From NCBI GenBank assembly GCA_002449145.1, contig DKCG01000026.1, forward strand, positions 82,608 through 146,607: a DNA stretch of 64,000 nt. Reading direction: 5' to 3'. Source of the DNA: Christensenella sp. UBA6880 (GTDB lineage: Bacteria; Bacillota; Clostridia; Christensenellales; CAG-917). How positions within the stretch are numbered: the first letter of the stretch is position 1; each line of letters begins with the position of its first letter. The translations under genes were made by a program, and so were the position numbers. Below, piece by piece: positions 62,051-64,000 of this stretch. Below the pieces are notes generated by a model that was given only the letters and a program-made list of their open reading frames with translations, ran no database searches and was not told the DNA's origin.

Positions 62051-63226
62051 ATGGACAGTATTTTTGACGGAAAACTTAATATAGAAGTGGCGGTCGCAAG
62101 CGGAATCGAAGCCGTATGCAAGCGCGAGTTGTTGCGGCTCGGTTACAATCCGAGCGGCGCAAATTTCGGGCGCATAGAGTTCGAGGGCGACTACAAGGAC
62201 GTGCTTCGGGCAAACGTGTTTTTGCGCACGGCAAACCGAGTGCGAATCGTCCTTGCCAAGTTCAAAGCGGAAACTTTTGATGAACTTTTCGACGGCATAT
62301 TCGCTATGCGTTGGCAAGATGTCGTGACGCGCGACGGGCGCATAATCGTCAACGCAAAATCGCAAAGCAGCAAATTGTTTGCGTTGCGCTCGATTCAAAG
62401 CATAACCAAGAAAGCGATTATATCCAAACTTGCAAGCACGCTCGGCGGCTCGTTTGACGAGAGCGGCGCGGTTTACGACGTAGAAGTGTCCTTGTGCGGC
62501 GACGTTGCAACCGTAACTCTCGACACTTCCGGCGAGGGATTGCACAAAAGAGGATACAGAACCTATCTCGGCGACGCGCCCATACGCGAAACGCTCGCCG
62601 CCGCTATGATTGAATTGTCCGTATGGAATCCCGACAGAGCGTTTATCGACCCGTTTTGCGGCTCGGGAACGATACCTATAGAGGCGGCGTTGATAGGACT
62701 CAACATTGCGCCGTGTATGAACCGTAATTTTGCGTGCGAAAGTTTCAAAAACGCGCCGAACGTCAGAGAACTCGTACAGCAAGAGGCGCAAGACTCGATA
62801 CGCGACAGAGTTTTGTATATAAGCGGATTCGACATCAACAAAGACGCTATAAAACTTGCGCAAAAACACGCCGAAAGAGCGGGCGTTAAAGACAAAATTC
62901 ATTTGCAAGTCGGGGATATGAGAGACATTTCGTCGCGCTTTTCGCACGGCGTTATCGTCACCAATCCGCCGTACGGCGAACGTCTTATGGACGAGGCGGA
63001 ATTGAAAGTTTTGTACAGGGATTTCGGCGCAATGACGAGAAAACTCGACGAGTGGTGCGTGTATGCAATCACTTCATACAGAGCCTTTGAAAAGTATTTC
63101 GGCGCGCGCGCCGACAAGGTGAGAAAACTGTATAACAGCGAACTCGAATGTAATTTCTATCAATATCTTGCCGCGCCGCCGAAGAAGAACGACAAGCCGA
63201 AAGAGCCTTGCGACAAACGGATTTGA
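62051..63226 (+). CDS. THUMP-domain class I SAM-dependent RNA methyltransferase (RlmL/YpsC-like)
   Basis: DPFCGSGTIPIEAA and NPPYGERL motifs, plus an N-terminal THUMP-like region. Confidence 0.85.
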   Translation: MDSIFDGKLNIEVAVASGIEAVCKRELLRLGYNPSGANFGRIEFEGDYKDVLRANVFLRTANRVRIVLAKFKAETFDELFDGIFAMRWQDVVTRDGRIIVNAKSQSSKLFALRSIQSITKKAIISKLASTLGGSFDESGAVYDVEVSLCGDVATVTLDTSGEGLHKRGYRTYLGDAPIRETLAAAMIELSVWNPDRAFIDPFCGSGTIPIEAALIGLNIAPCMNRNFACESFKNAPNVRELVQQEAQDSIRDRVLYISGFDINKDAIKLAQKHAERAGVKDKIHLQVGDMRDISSRFSHGVIVTNPPYGERLMDEAELKVLYRDFGAMTRKLDEWCVYAITSYRAFEKYFGARADKVRKLYNSELECNFYQYLAAPPKKNDKPKEPCDKRI

Positions 63227-63434
63227 AAGCGCGAAAACGTTGTGCAATCGAGTCTAAACTCACGATAAGGTCTTGCTATAAACAAGATAAAAAAGGATTA
63301 AACTATCTTTGACAAACATAACTCAATAGTCTTAAACGGTCTTGCGATAAAAGAACTTAATTTTTATTAAAATAGCGGTATCGGCAGTTTATACCTGCAT
63401 AAACGCACGATAAAATGCGGATTAGAGGAATTAT

Positions 63435-63878
63435 ATGAGAGCACTCATTCAACGAACGTTCAAATCGAGATTGTCGGTTGACGGACAACTCATAAGCGAA
63501 ATCCCGTCGGGTCTTACCATATTTTTGGGCATTGAGAAAGGCGACACCGACGAGCAAGCGGACTACTTCGCTCGCAAGGTTTCAAAACTTCGAGTCTTTC
63601 GCGACGAGAACGACAAAATGAATCTCGACATAAAACAAGCGGGCGGCGAGATATTGCTCGTATCGCAATTTTCGCTTGCAGGAACCCTTGGCAAAGGCAC
63701 GGGCAATCGCCCCGATTTCGGTCACGCCGAACTTCCGGACCGAGCGAGATATTTGTACGAAAGAGTAACGGAGAAAATCCGCGAAGAAGGAATCGTTGTA
63801 AAGAACGGCGTCTTCGGCGCGCATATGTTTATCGAGCAAGAACAAGACGGCCCGCTGTCGTTTGTGTTCGAGTGCTGA
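63435..63878 (+). CDS. dtd: D-aminoacyl-tRNA deacylase
   Basis: MRALIQR..., SQFSL and GNRPDF motifs in a 147-aa product. Confidence 0.9.
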   Translation: MRALIQRTFKSRLSVDGQLISEIPSGLTIFLGIEKGDTDEQADYFARKVSKLRVFRDENDKMNLDIKQAGGEILLVSQFSLAGTLGKGTGNRPDFGHAELPDRARYLYERVTEKIREEGIVVKNGVFGAHMFIEQEQDGPLSFVFEC

Positions 63879-63888
63879 AAGATTGCTT

Positions 63889-64000
63889 ATGATAAAAGTT
63901 ATGTTCGTATGTTTGGGCAACATTTGCCGCTCGCCTATGGCAGAATGCGTTGCAAGCCAAATGATAAAAGAAAGAGGACTTCAAGACAAAATCGAGGTCG
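63889..64000 (+). CDS. low-molecular-weight protein-tyrosine phosphatase, 3' end outside window
   Basis: MIKVMFVCLGNICRSPMAE contains the CX5R(S) active-site loop. Confidence 0.8.
   Translation, partial: MIKVMFVCLGNICRSPMAECVASQMIKERGLQDKIEV

Noticed and set aside
1-64000. tRNA, rRNA, tmRNA, transposase, integrase or phage structural genes.
   Set aside because: I looked for T-loop-like GGTTCGAATCC-type motifs, rRNA-like conserved stretches, and DDE, tyrosine- or serine-recombinase-like translations. None was found, though a by-eye scan cannot exclude a divergent tRNA.

Overview
This 64-kb chromosomal segment reads like an anaerobic, spore-former-lineage Firmicutes (Clostridia-type) genome. 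Recognisable genes include spoVG, murC, a SpoVB/MurJ-like flippase, rnfCDGEAB, ppx, maf plus an mreB-like gene, minDE, a SpoIVFB-like protease and a ROK glucokinase. Also present are a TIGR03960/TIGR03936 radical-SAM pair with RNase G, a SCIFF peptide with its maturase, ybaK, rex, uvrBA, an amino-acid ABC transporter, holA, cdaA, DUF1015, lysC, tcdA, a THUMP methyltransferase and dtd. There are roughly 55 CDS, mostly on the + strand. I found no rRNA, tRNA, CRISPR array, transposase, integrase or prophage genes. Two visibly AT-rich accessory insertions stand out. One carries an XRE regulator, a small membrane protein and a B-repeat/LRR lipoprotein at about 23.3-27.0 kb. The other is a lone GIY-YIG nuclease gene at about 49.2-50.1 kb. 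The most unusual signal is not a gene. At least nine intergenic loci carry a modular family of structured repeats, here called modules A, T1, T2 and H. All T1, T2 and A copies are on the + strand, and they sit between upstream terminators and downstream promoters. They show compensatory base-pair changes and + strand-specific G-U pairs, nested insertions, internal-deletion variants, and overlaps that supply the stop codon or C-terminus of neighbouring genes. I cannot assign them to any family I know. My working hypothesis is a non-autonomous ssDNA-transposon-type (IS200/IS605/PATE-like) element and/or a multi-copy structured ncRNA. Everything here comes from reading the sequence and the ORF translations. 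No similarity search, folding program or composition calculation was run.
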